This document shows positions 20,523 through 28,942 of a stretch of 64,000 nt of DNA, in pieces. Position 1 is the stretch's first letter. Each line of letters opens with the position of its first letter. The notes under the pieces are model-generated. The model was not told where the DNA came from. It made no database searches and saw only the letters and a list, made by a program, of their open reading frames with translations. The stretch is from Armatimonadota bacterium (lineage in GTDB: Bacteria; Armatimonadota; HRBIN16), in contig OY781964.1 in assembly GCA_963677485.1 (NCBI GenBank), positions 4,160,001 to 4,224,000 on the forward strand, in the 5' to 3' direction. Position numbers and translations under genes: made by a program.

Positions 20523-20650
20523 TGTCCGGGGCGGTCTGTCAGTACGCTTGCGATGACTGCTGTTTATAGACCGCGCCGGTCTTGTTCCCGATACCAGTCT
20601 TTGGTGGCTGTCCGCCAGACCGGCGCGGTTAGGGAAAACCGCCCCGGACA
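20523..20650. repeat. REPIN-like inverted pair of palindromic REP units (GTCC type)
   Basis: TGTCCGGGGCGGT...ACCGCCCCGGACA outer inverted repeat, with inner ACCGCGCCGGTCT/AGACCGGCGCGGT. Confidence 0.6.
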
Positions 20651-20864
20651 TTGGCCACGCTTGCTGAAAACAAAATGCGAAAAGGACTTAGCCCATCTGA
20701 GTTACATTTAGGTAACGCACATTGGACCTGTCAATCTGCATGATCCTGTCGAGAGTGTAACACCGCAAGCCATAGGACGTCAACAAGCAGCCGAAAGAAG
20801 GTATTTGCCACATACTGCGGCGAATATATCCAATGGAAGTCACTTGCTTTGGGAGGGTTTCTGA

Positions 20865-23474
20865 GTGAAATTTGTTATTGTCTGTCTGGTTGTGATCATC
20901 TCCACCGTGAGTTGTTTTGCTGCTCAGCCTGTGATGAAGAGCCTTGTTATGTTCGAAGGTAAAGGAAGCAATCTGCTGCTGAATGGCAGCCTGACCGAGA
21001 TCGAAGGTCAACGCTTTCGAAACTGGGCTCCGTATTACGATGGCTACACCCTCGCCAGGGGAGCTGGCAGAGACAGCTCGGATGCACTCATGTGCGAATC
21101 CGATGGCACCACCGGCAGGATGGGTGCTTTGCAGACGGTCGTTCTGAACCAAAAGCAAGCCTACCCGATCGGTGTTTCGTGCTGGAGCAAGAGCGAGGGC
21201 GTGGACGGTATTCCGGGTGGTGACTATTCCATATACCTGGACCTGCAATACACCGATGGCACTCCGATCTGGGGCCAACTGCGTGCCTTCCCAACCGACA
21301 CTAATGGCTGGAACAACCATAAGTTTGTGATCTACACCACTAAGCCGATCAAGTCGATAGCGGTGTTCTGCCTGTTTCGCAACCGTAAGGGCAGGGTGTG
21401 GTTTGACGACGCACGGGTGGAGCAACTGCGATCTACCGCCAGTGTGAGCATGCTTCAGGGCCAACCAGTGCAGTTGATGAAACAACCACGCTCCAAGAAT
21501 CCAGGATTGGTGGTTTCTGCAAAGAATGGCTTGAGTTTGGGGCTTGATGGTGCTGCCGTCTCATCTGTGAAGTTCAACGGCCGGCAGTTGGGCTGCGACG
21601 CGCCTTCAGGGTTCATGGTCAGGGATATGAAGCAGGGGTCCGACTACTATGGCTTCTCAGCCGCTGTTAAAGATGGTACTCTGAAAGCCTCGTGTGCAGA
21701 GCTGGGTGTCAACCTGCAGGCGGTATTCAAACCAGAGGCCGACTGCATCAGGGTAACCGGACGTATCACGGACATCACCCGAAAAGAACGGGCCTTGAAC
21801 ATGATGTTCGCGCTGCCTATTGATGCGCCGGGCTGGAGCTGGGGCGACGATGTCCGCCGCAGCCGAGTCATACAGATGCGGGATACGAAGAACGCCGGTG
21901 CGGAGTACATCAACGCCGTCAGCATTCCGTGCGGCTCTACCACCACCGCATCTCTCTACCCGGTGGCGGCTATCTCGGGGAAACGGGATGGGCTGTGCAT
22001 CGGAATCGACATGGGCAAGATCGCGGTTTACCGGGTGTTCTACAACTCCTCCACCCGCCAACTGGCGATATCGTATGATTTCGGTCTGGTGCCCGATTCG
22101 GTGAAGCATCCGGGTTCCGCGGAGTTTTCGTTCGTGATCTACCGGTTTGATCCTGAATGGGGTTTCCGCCAGGCCTGGGCCGATTATGCGCGAATATTTC
22201 CCGACTACTTTAAAGTGCGGTCTCCTAAGCACGGTATATGGATGCCGTTCGGCGATATCAGCCGGATTCAAGGCTGGCAGGATTTCGGGTTCAAATACCA
22301 TGAGGGCATTGAGAATGTGCCTTTTGACGTCGCCAATGAGCTGCTGGCGTTCCGCTATTCGGAGCCGACCACATGGTGGATGCCGATGCCTAAGGGTGGG
22401 GCACGCACAGAGGAGGCGGTGCTAGCGGAGCGTGACAAACTCGCCAGCACGAATCTGATGGCGAATGCGGTGATCAATTCGGGCATGGTCGATGTGCAGG
22501 GCAAGCCGTGCTACCTGGTGCAGGATGCCCCCTGGTGTGACGGAGCGGTGTGGAACATGAGCGTCAACCCCTACCTGCCTAAAAAGCCGAACGGTGCCTC
22601 GGTCATTTGGAACGATGAGGTGCGTGCTGCCGATTATGGAAGTAGTACGAAGCCTGTGCGTGCCGGTGAGTATCTAGATTCGCTGGAAGGCTACATCACC
22701 GCCGACCTGAACTACCGAAAAGATCATTACCGATACTCCTCAGTGCCTCTCTGCTTCGATGACAACAACAATATCGTGATGTTCAACGGGCCAGCCATAT
22801 ACGAGTTCGTCAAGTGGATATCTGAGGATGTCCACAGCATGGGCAAGCTGATGTTCGCGAATGGTGTGCCGTATAGATTTACCTACCTCTGCCCCTGGCT
22901 GGATGTGATGGGCACAGAGACCAACTGGCTGCCGGGCGATGTGTTCACACCAGACGCCGATGAAACAATGATCATGCGCCGTTCGATGGTTTACGGCAAG
23001 CCGTATCTGCTGCTGATGAACACTCGCTTTGACGCGTTCGGGGTGGACATGGTGGAACGCTATTTCAAACGCAGTGCGTTCTACGGAATACTGCCCGGCA
23101 TGTTCAGCCACAACGCCGCCAATGAGGCCTATTTCGACACCCCGAAATGGTATAACCGCGACCGTGCGTTGTTTAAACGCTACATCCCGCTGATCACGCG
23201 CCTCTCGGAAAGCGGTTGGCAGCCTGTCAGCTACGCACAAAGCTCCAACAAGACGATATATGTGGAGCGATATGGTAAAAACTTCATCACATTACTGAAC
23301 GACAGCAAGGAACCACAGACCGCAACCATACGCCTAGATACCGCGAAACTGGGCGTGAAGCCGGATTTCACGGCCATCGAGCGGTTTTCTGGCAAGAGTA
23401 TCAAGGTCACAAAGTCCGCGTTTACAGTCGCTTTGCCCGCAGGTGATGTGATGATGGTCGATCTGGCACCGTAA
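20865..23474 (+). CDS. Secreted putative glycoside hydrolase with N-terminal CBM4/9-like domain
   Basis: Signal peptide; NLLLNGS.E...VWFDD CBM signature; catalytic-looking GEYLDSLEG, DVMGTE; C-terminal beta domain. Confidence 0.6.
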   Translation: MKFVIVCLVVIISTVSCFAAQPVMKSLVMFEGKGSNLLLNGSLTEIEGQRFRNWAPYYDGYTLARGAGRDSSDALMCESDGTTGRMGALQTVVLNQKQAYPIGVSCWSKSEGVDGIPGGDYSIYLDLQYTDGTPIWGQLRAFPTDTNGWNNHKFVIYTTKPIKSIAVFCLFRNRKGRVWFDDARVEQLRSTASVSMLQGQPVQLMKQPRSKNPGLVVSAKNGLSLGLDGAAVSSVKFNGRQLGCDAPSGFMVRDMKQGSDYYGFSAAVKDGTLKASCAELGVNLQAVFKPEADCIRVTGRITDITRKERALNMMFALPIDAPGWSWGDDVRRSRVIQMRDTKNAGAEYINAVSIPCGSTTTASLYPVAAISGKRDGLCIGIDMGKIAVYRVFYNSSTRQLAISYDFGLVPDSVKHPGSAEFSFVIYRFDPEWGFRQAWADYARIFPDYFKVRSPKHGIWMPFGDISRIQGWQDFGFKYHEGIENVPFDVANELLAFRYSEPTTWWMPMPKGGARTEEAVLAERDKLASTNLMANAVINSGMVDVQGKPCYLVQDAPWCDGAVWNMSVNPYLPKKPNGASVIWNDEVRAADYGSSTKPVRAGEYLDSLEGYITADLNYRKDHYRYSSVPLCFDDNNNIVMFNGPAIYEFVKWISEDVHSMGKLMFANGVPYRFTYLCPWLDVMGTETNWLPGDVFTPDADETMIMRRSMVYGKPYLLLMNTRFDAFGVDMVERYFKRSAFYGILPGMFSHNAANEAYFDTPKWYNRDRALFKRYIPLITRLSESGWQPVSYAQSSNKTIYVERYGKNFITLLNDSKEPQTATIRLDTAKLGVKPDFTAIERFSGKSIKVTKSAFTVALPAGDVMMVDLAP

Positions 23475-23524
23475 CAGCATTTGACCCAGCAAAAACAATC
23501 ACTAACATATGAAGGGAACCTGAT

Positions 23525-24589
23525 ATGGTTAATGTAGGAATCATAGGCTGCGGAGGGATATCGCATTTCCACTATGAGGGTTATGAACGTGCTGGAGCAC
23601 GCATTACCCACATATGCGATTTGCGCAGGGAGGCCGCACAGCCGGTCGGCGACCGATATGGGGCGGCAGTGAGCACCGATTACCATGAGCTCATCAATGA
23701 CCCGCAAGTCGATCTCATCAGCGTCCTGACCATCGCCTCCGCACACAAGGAGATATGCCTGGCGGCCATTGCCGCTGGCAAAGGGGTAGTGTGCGAAAAA
23801 ACACTCTCCGATAATCCCGCCGATTCATCCGAAATCGCCAGAGCGGCAGATAGTGCCGGCAACTTCTTCAGCACCGCCTATATGAAACGGCATTTCTCGG
23901 CCGCCAAACAGGCGAAGTGGCTTCTAGAAGATATGGGTGAGGTCATCAGCGTTTATGTTCGTTCCTATCAGCCTTGGGATATCTGGACGACCCCATTATA
24001 TGACGGGTTGACCGATCATCCTTCTGCATATGTCCGAAACTACGGGGGCGGGATGCTGGTGATGGCTGGTAGCCATATGCTGGATCTAGTTCACTGGCTT
24101 CTTGGCCGTCCCGTGCAGGTGGTTGGTGATATGAACATCCGGGCAGGGATGGATGTGGAACGCCAGGCTAACGCCATGCTTTGGCTGCAGAACGGCGGAA
24201 TTGTGCATTTTGAGGCACTGGGGCATCCGTATACTACCGTCGGCTACGAACGAAACGGCTGGGATGAGCGGATTGAGATCAACACCGTGAAGGGCCGGCT
24301 TGAGCTGTATACTGTCACCTGGAACCACCCAGAGCGCAACGGTGCACTGCTCGTGCATCTCGATAATACCACTGGCCGGTCCATTGAGTACCGCTATCCA
24401 GCGGAAAACCCGTTTGATCTGGAGATGGCGGAGATAGTTCGCCGGTTCTCAGCCGGTGAACCAGGGGTGCCGTCTGCCTGGGATGGGTATGTGGTCGATG
24501 AGCTCATCGCCCATATCACTCAAAGTGCCCGCACTCGAACGGTGCTGCCGGTTGTTTACCGCGACCTTGCCGATACAGAGTCATCATAA
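23525..24589 (+). CDS. Gfo/Idh/MocA family oxidoreductase
   Basis: VGIIGCGGI, AGKGVVCEK, GGGML...GSHMLDL. Confidence 0.92.
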   Translation: MVNVGIIGCGGISHFHYEGYERAGARITHICDLRREAAQPVGDRYGAAVSTDYHELINDPQVDLISVLTIASAHKEICLAAIAAGKGVVCEKTLSDNPADSSEIARAADSAGNFFSTAYMKRHFSAAKQAKWLLEDMGEVISVYVRSYQPWDIWTTPLYDGLTDHPSAYVRNYGGGMLVMAGSHMLDLVHWLLGRPVQVVGDMNIRAGMDVERQANAMLWLQNGGIVHFEALGHPYTTVGYERNGWDERIEINTVKGRLELYTVTWNHPERNGALLVHLDNTTGRSIEYRYPAENPFDLEMAEIVRRFSAGEPGVPSAWDGYVVDELIAHITQSARTRTVLPVVYRDLADTESS

Positions 24590-24649
24590 GTCGACATCAT
24601 ACATTAAATCTGGAGGAAATCATCTATCATGAACCCGCAACCATTATTA

Positions 24650-26305
24650 ATATCTTACCAACCATATTTTGAACACGGTGTATAGAATATTCTGATATTA
24701 CGCACCACACAAAGCGTTAGGCACAACGATCTGGCGAATAGCAAGTGCTGCCATGATGATACGCTTGCCAAGTGCAGTGAGGTAGTATTTGTAGCGTTTA
24801 CCGCATTTTTTAACGAGCCGGAATACTCGGCATCGCTTGATGAAGTATGATATCTGAGAGCTGGACATCTGCGGTAAGGCTTTTTGAAGCATACGGTTTG
24901 TGATCCCGCTGATGCATCCCTCTCCGCGAGCAAGTGCAATGAGACATTCCAAATCCTTCTTGAGGAAAAGGTTGAATCCTCGATACGAGCGATGATCACG
25001 GGTGGTCGAGGTCGCGATTTTGATGATCTGATGTTCACCATCGCTGTTGTCATCAAGGGCGGAAAGAAAGTCAAGATATCTGTTGTTTGCAGATAATAAC
25101 AGTTCCCTCAATGGAGGAAGGCTGTAGATGGTCTTTTGCATAGGGGCGTATTTAATCTCAGTCGTCCCATCATGATGTTCTACCTCACGGTAGTGTTTAA
25201 ATTCAGAGACGTCATTCACAGTCGTCTCGATACGCAAGATTATCCCTTGCTTGTCATACATTTTGATAGAAGCCCATCCCATGTAGTGTTTGATGCGCGT
25301 GCCTTGTATGCGGCGATCGAACTTGTAGTCAGTGCCGATCTCAGCGAGTGTTCGCCCATCAAGTTTCTTACCAAGAAACATCGCGATAGACTCTGGCGTT
25401 ACCGTATGTATCGCTGTTTTGACTAGATTATCGTAGATGGCTTTGAGGTCTTCGGCGCGTTTGAACACGATGTCTGTAGCATATTCCACCTGCATTAGCG
25501 ACCAATGATATGAATTGTCAGCAAGCCGTATCACGGGGCAATACATTCTGGCAAATGCATCCAGCGCATGGTGCAGCTTATCAGCAGGAAAAGCGTCTGC
25601 CAGCCTCTGAGCACAGCTAAAGTCGTCGATTTTTACAAAGGCGTTGTCCAGTGGAGTGAAAACTACTCCCTCGGATTGAAGGCAATGCGCGAGATAATTG
25701 TGTCCATTACAATAGAATTGCAGACGGAAGGGCACCCAGGTCGGAACTCGTAGATAGCACAGTCCAAACTCTGCATCGATGAAATAGAAGTAGTAATGAA
25801 GACACTTGGTCTCCTTGATATTCAGCCGGGTTTTGTGGGTAATCTTGTCGTGCCACGGGGTGTATGCAGGACATTTTTCCAACACTGAGAATATGTGGAC
25901 GAGACCGGGGTGACACCCTCGACTACTAATGATCTCTTTGATGCGGTCTTCTTTTCGAAATGAAGAGGCACGGCGTATATACTCAATTTCAATGCTGTTG
26001 GTAACGGCAAGGCGTTCCGCATTGGCTTTGATCTCATCTCGTAGAGGTTCGGCAAATTCCTTAGGAAAGTCAAATAGCCTGATGTTGCGTTGATGAAGAT
26101 AGATGCCCATTCCGTCGCTATGACACCAGCCTGGGATTGTACCGGTGATAACTATGCGGTCGAAGCATGAATATACCCCAGCTATCTGCTTTGCATAGCG
26201 TTCTTGAAGTGATGTCATTCTGGGCAACCTCACGAAAGGGTGTTTGAATGTATATTACGTGGCGAATGCAATCATTCCTTTTTTGGTTGCGGCTAAGCCG
26301 CCTTA
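24650..26305 (-). mobile_element. 1656-bp insertion element with putative Rep_trans-like (rolling-circle) transposase
   Basis: Boundaries defined by the split SDR frame, with TTA at both junctions; visibly AT-richer than the flanks; terminal hairpin GCGGC-TAA-GCCGC at 26289-26301; single ORF. Confidence 0.85.
24698..26233 (-). CDS. Putative transposase/replication initiator with Rep_trans-like motifs and C-terminal winged helix
   Basis: QVEYATDIVF (cf. R.D.A.D), SIKMYDK...LRIETT (cf. Y.K...R.E), C-terminal ISYFIKRCRVFRLVKK.GKRYKYYLTALG (wHTH). Fills the insertion; probable start is ATG 26218. Confidence 0.65.
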   Translation of the reverse strand: MRLPRMTSLQERYAKQIAGVYSCFDRIVITGTIPGWCHSDGMGIYLHQRNIRLFDFPKEFAEPLRDEIKANAERLAVTNSIEIEYIRRASSFRKEDRIKEIISSRGCHPGLVHIFSVLEKCPAYTPWHDKITHKTRLNIKETKCLHYYFYFIDAEFGLCYLRVPTWVPFRLQFYCNGHNYLAHCLQSEGVVFTPLDNAFVKIDDFSCAQRLADAFPADKLHHALDAFARMYCPVIRLADNSYHWSLMQVEYATDIVFKRAEDLKAIYDNLVKTAIHTVTPESIAMFLGKKLDGRTLAEIGTDYKFDRRIQGTRIKHYMGWASIKMYDKQGIILRIETTVNDVSEFKHYREVEHHDGTTEIKYAPMQKTIYSLPPLRELLLSANNRYLDFLSALDDNSDGEHQIIKIATSTTRDHRSYRGFNLFLKKDLECLIALARGEGCISGITNRMLQKALPQMSSSQISYFIKRCRVFRLVKKCGKRYKYYLTALGKRIIMAALAIRQIVVPNALCGA

Positions 26306-27051
26306 GGTAAAACGGCGGTCGTCACCGGGTCAGCCCGGGGTATCGGCTACGGCATCGCGCTCAGGCTAGCCAAGGAAGGGGCGAACGTGGTCATCGCGGA
26401 CATTAATGCGGACCATGCGGCCGAATCGGCCCGCCAAATCGCTACCGAGACAGGCCGAAAGGCAATCGCCATCGCTTGCGATGTGACCGATCAGCAATCT
26501 GTGGTCACCATGATCACCAAAGCTGTGTCCGAACTGGGCAGCCTGGACATCATGGTCGCGAATGCGGGCGTCTGCCCGTTTGTGGAAATCATGGAGATGG
26601 ATGTCGAAACTTGGAAGAAGACGATTTACATCAACCTGACTGGCGCGTTCATCACCGCTCAGGCTGGCGCGAAGCAGATGGTGGCCCAGGGCAAAGGCGG
26701 TCGAATCATCTTCATCTCTTCGCTGGCTACCATAAGGGCTTCCAGTGCTCAGGCGGACTATGCGGCGTCGAAGTCGGGTGTGAAGATGCTGATGGCTACA
26801 ATGGCAACAGCGTTAGGCAAACAGGGCATCACCGTCAACGCCATCGCACCGGGTGTCATCTATACCGAAATGGGCGCGTTCCACTGGGATGTACCGGAAC
26901 ACAGGGCGGCCTTCGCGATAGAAAACCCGATCCCGCGGCTTGGGATGCCTTCGGACATCGCGAATGCGGCGGTGTTCCTGGCTCTGGACGAATCGGAATA
27001 CATCACCGGCAGCACCATCCGCGTGGACGGCGGCAGGGAGGCGATAGGGTA

Positions 27052-28095
27052 ATGAGAGCGAACCGTTCAGCATATGTGAAGTCACCGTGGCAATTTGAGC
27101 TGCGTGAGATGCCTGTGGGAAGTCCTGGCGTGGGCCAGATAGTGGTGCAGATCAAGGCCTGCGGTATCTGCGGCACCGATCTGCATACCGCAGACCGTAC
27201 CGCGTTGGACTGGCAAGCGTTCGGGCACGAGATGGCCGGTGTGGTGGTCGAAGTGGGCGAGGGCGTGAGCCGCTTTACGCTTGGCGACCGTGTGGCTCTC
27301 AACACAGCCGCTCCGTGCGGGAAGTGTCCGATCTGTCTACCCCAGCCCTACGGTAAAGGAAAACCGGAGCTTTGCCGAACACCCGTCTCGTATTGGGGCG
27401 GTCCGCAGATGGGTTTCGGCGAATATATCATCGCACCACATGAGAGTGCCGTTCTGATTCCCGATTCAATGCCATTCGACGTCGCCAGCATGGTGGAGCC
27501 GATGGGGGTCTCCATTGACATCGTGGAGACCGCGGATGTAGGCTGCGGCGACAATGTGCTGATCATTGGGGCCGGTCCGCTGGGGCTTGGTGCTATCACC
27601 GTGGCTAAGAACGCCGGAGCCCACTACATTGCCGTGGCCGCCAGATCGACATACACTGCTCGGGTCGAAGCCGCCCGCGCACTGGGAGCCGATGAGATCA
27701 TCGAGATCGACAAAACCCCGATCACTCAGGTGGATTTCGGGCCAAATCAGCCTGATAAGATCCTGGTCACCTCTCCGCCGCAGAGCATCTTGGATGCCAT
27801 CGCCATCGCCCCGTTTGGTGCGACCATTGCCTATATCGGGATTGCCTCAGGCCCGGGAGCCGTCATCTCATTTGATGCGGATGACTTCCACTACAGACGT
27901 CTCAGCCTCAAAGCGTCGTTCGCCTCGCCGGATATCCAATCGGCCAAGAGCTTGCGTATTTTGCAGGCTTACCCTGAGCTGGGACGTGAGCTGATATCGC
28001 ACCGCTTCAAGTTGGATGAGCTGGAGGCGATGATGAACCTGGCCCACACCGACAGGGGGCGGACGGTTAAGAAGATGGTGATGGTGAACGAATAG
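27052..28095 (+). CDS. Zinc-binding alcohol dehydrogenase family (sugar/polyol dehydrogenase)
   Basis: ACGICGTDLH, GHEMAG.V..VG..V, CGKCPIC...C, GAGPLG; TAATG coupling with the SDR stop codon. Confidence 0.92.
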   Translation: MRANRSAYVKSPWQFELREMPVGSPGVGQIVVQIKACGICGTDLHTADRTALDWQAFGHEMAGVVVEVGEGVSRFTLGDRVALNTAAPCGKCPICLPQPYGKGKPELCRTPVSYWGGPQMGFGEYIIAPHESAVLIPDSMPFDVASMVEPMGVSIDIVETADVGCGDNVLIIGAGPLGLGAITVAKNAGAHYIAVAARSTYTARVEAARALGADEIIEIDKTPITQVDFGPNQPDKILVTSPPQSILDAIAIAPFGATIAYIGIASGPGAVISFDADDFHYRRLSLKASFASPDIQSAKSLRILQAYPELGRELISHRFKLDELEAMMNLAHTDRGRTVKKMVMVNE

Positions 28096-28103
28096 GGCGC
28101 TTT

Positions 28104-28839
28104 GTGGCCTGCGATATACGCCGTCAGTCCCGTGTCGACGGGTTCCATCGCCCCAGGGGGCTCCATCACCCGTCGCTGATTAGGTGGCTGCCCGCGTCGC
28201 TTCGCTCCTGCGGGCGCTGGCGGAGGGTTCCCTGCGCCCGCTTGCGGGCTGAGACTGGGTAGACGCGCGGTGAGGGAACCCCGTTTTGGGACGCCAGTCC
28301 CGTGGGGTGACTAAACCCGCGGCAGCGTGGCTGGTAGCCTGCGATACACGCCGCCGGCATTTGTCGACGGGTTCCATCGCCCCAGGGGGCTTCATCACCC
28401 GTCGCTGATCAGATGGCTGCCTGCGTCGCTTCGCTCCAGCGGGCGCTGGCGGATGGCAAGTTGCGCCCGCTTGCGGGCTGCGAATGCCTAGACGCGCGGT
28501 GAGGGAACCCCGTTAGGGACGCCAGTCCCGTGGGGGTGACTAAACCCGCGGCAGCATGGCTGGTAGCCTGCGATCTACGCCGCCGGCATTTGTCGACGGG
28601 TTCCATCGCCCCAGGGGGGCTCCATCACCCGTCGCTGATCAGATGGCTGCCCGCGTCGCTTCGCTCCAGCGGGCGCAGGCGGATGGCCACCTGCGCCCGC
28701 TTGCGGGCTGAGACTGGGTAGACGCGCGGTGAGGGAACCCCGTTAGGGACGCCAGTCCCGTGGGGTGACTAAACCCGCGGTAGCGTGGCTGGTGGCCTTC
28801 GATCTACGCCGCCGGCCCCGTGTCGACGGATTCCATCGC
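28104..28839. repeat. Tandem array of ~3.2 copies of a ~229-bp GC-rich multi-hairpin unit
   Basis: GTCGACGG anchor at 28134, 28363, 28592 and 28822 (periods 229, 229, 230); copies are near identical apart from loop regions. Confidence 0.95.
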
Positions 28840-28887
28840 TCATTCCGTTGTGTTAGGTGACTACATACAGTTACTGCCATACAGCAG

Positions 28888-28924
28888 AAAAACAAAACGC
28901 CCTGCCGTTGTGACGGCAGGGCGT
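28888..28924 (-). terminator. Intrinsic terminator
   Basis: 12-bp stem ACGCCCTGCCGT/ACGGCAGGGCGT followed by TTTGTTTTT on the minus strand, just after the 28943 stop. Confidence 0.8.
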
Positions 28925-28942
28925 GAGATTTCAGATCGATGC

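Larger units (their letters stand above)
24629..27052 (+). pseudogene. SDR family oxidoreductase interrupted after codon 7 by an insertion element
   Basis: GGAGG RBS at 24612, ATG at 24629 MNPQPLL (to 24649), resuming in frame at 26306 GKTAVVTGSARGIG...NAG...YAASK...PG. An in-frame TAA at 26294 leaves the distal part without an upstream start. Confidence 0.88.

Noticed and set aside
24698-26233. MarR-type transcriptional regulator
   Set aside because: The wHTH covers only the C-terminus of a ~500-aa protein that exactly fills an insertion.
26476-27051. N-terminal 192-aa extension of the alcohol dehydrogenase ORF
   Set aside because: An off-frame overlap with the SDR; the real start is ATG 27052.
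28166-28721. Short ORFs within the tandem repeat
   Set aside because: Frames differ between copies because of indels; no RBS or protein-like conservation.
28104-28839. CRISPR array, integron attC array or hammerhead retrozyme
   Set aside because: Whole units repeat with no unique spacers and no cas genes; there are no proper RYYYAAC/GTTRRRY pairs or cassette ORFs; CTGATCAG is not the hammerhead CUGANGA core.
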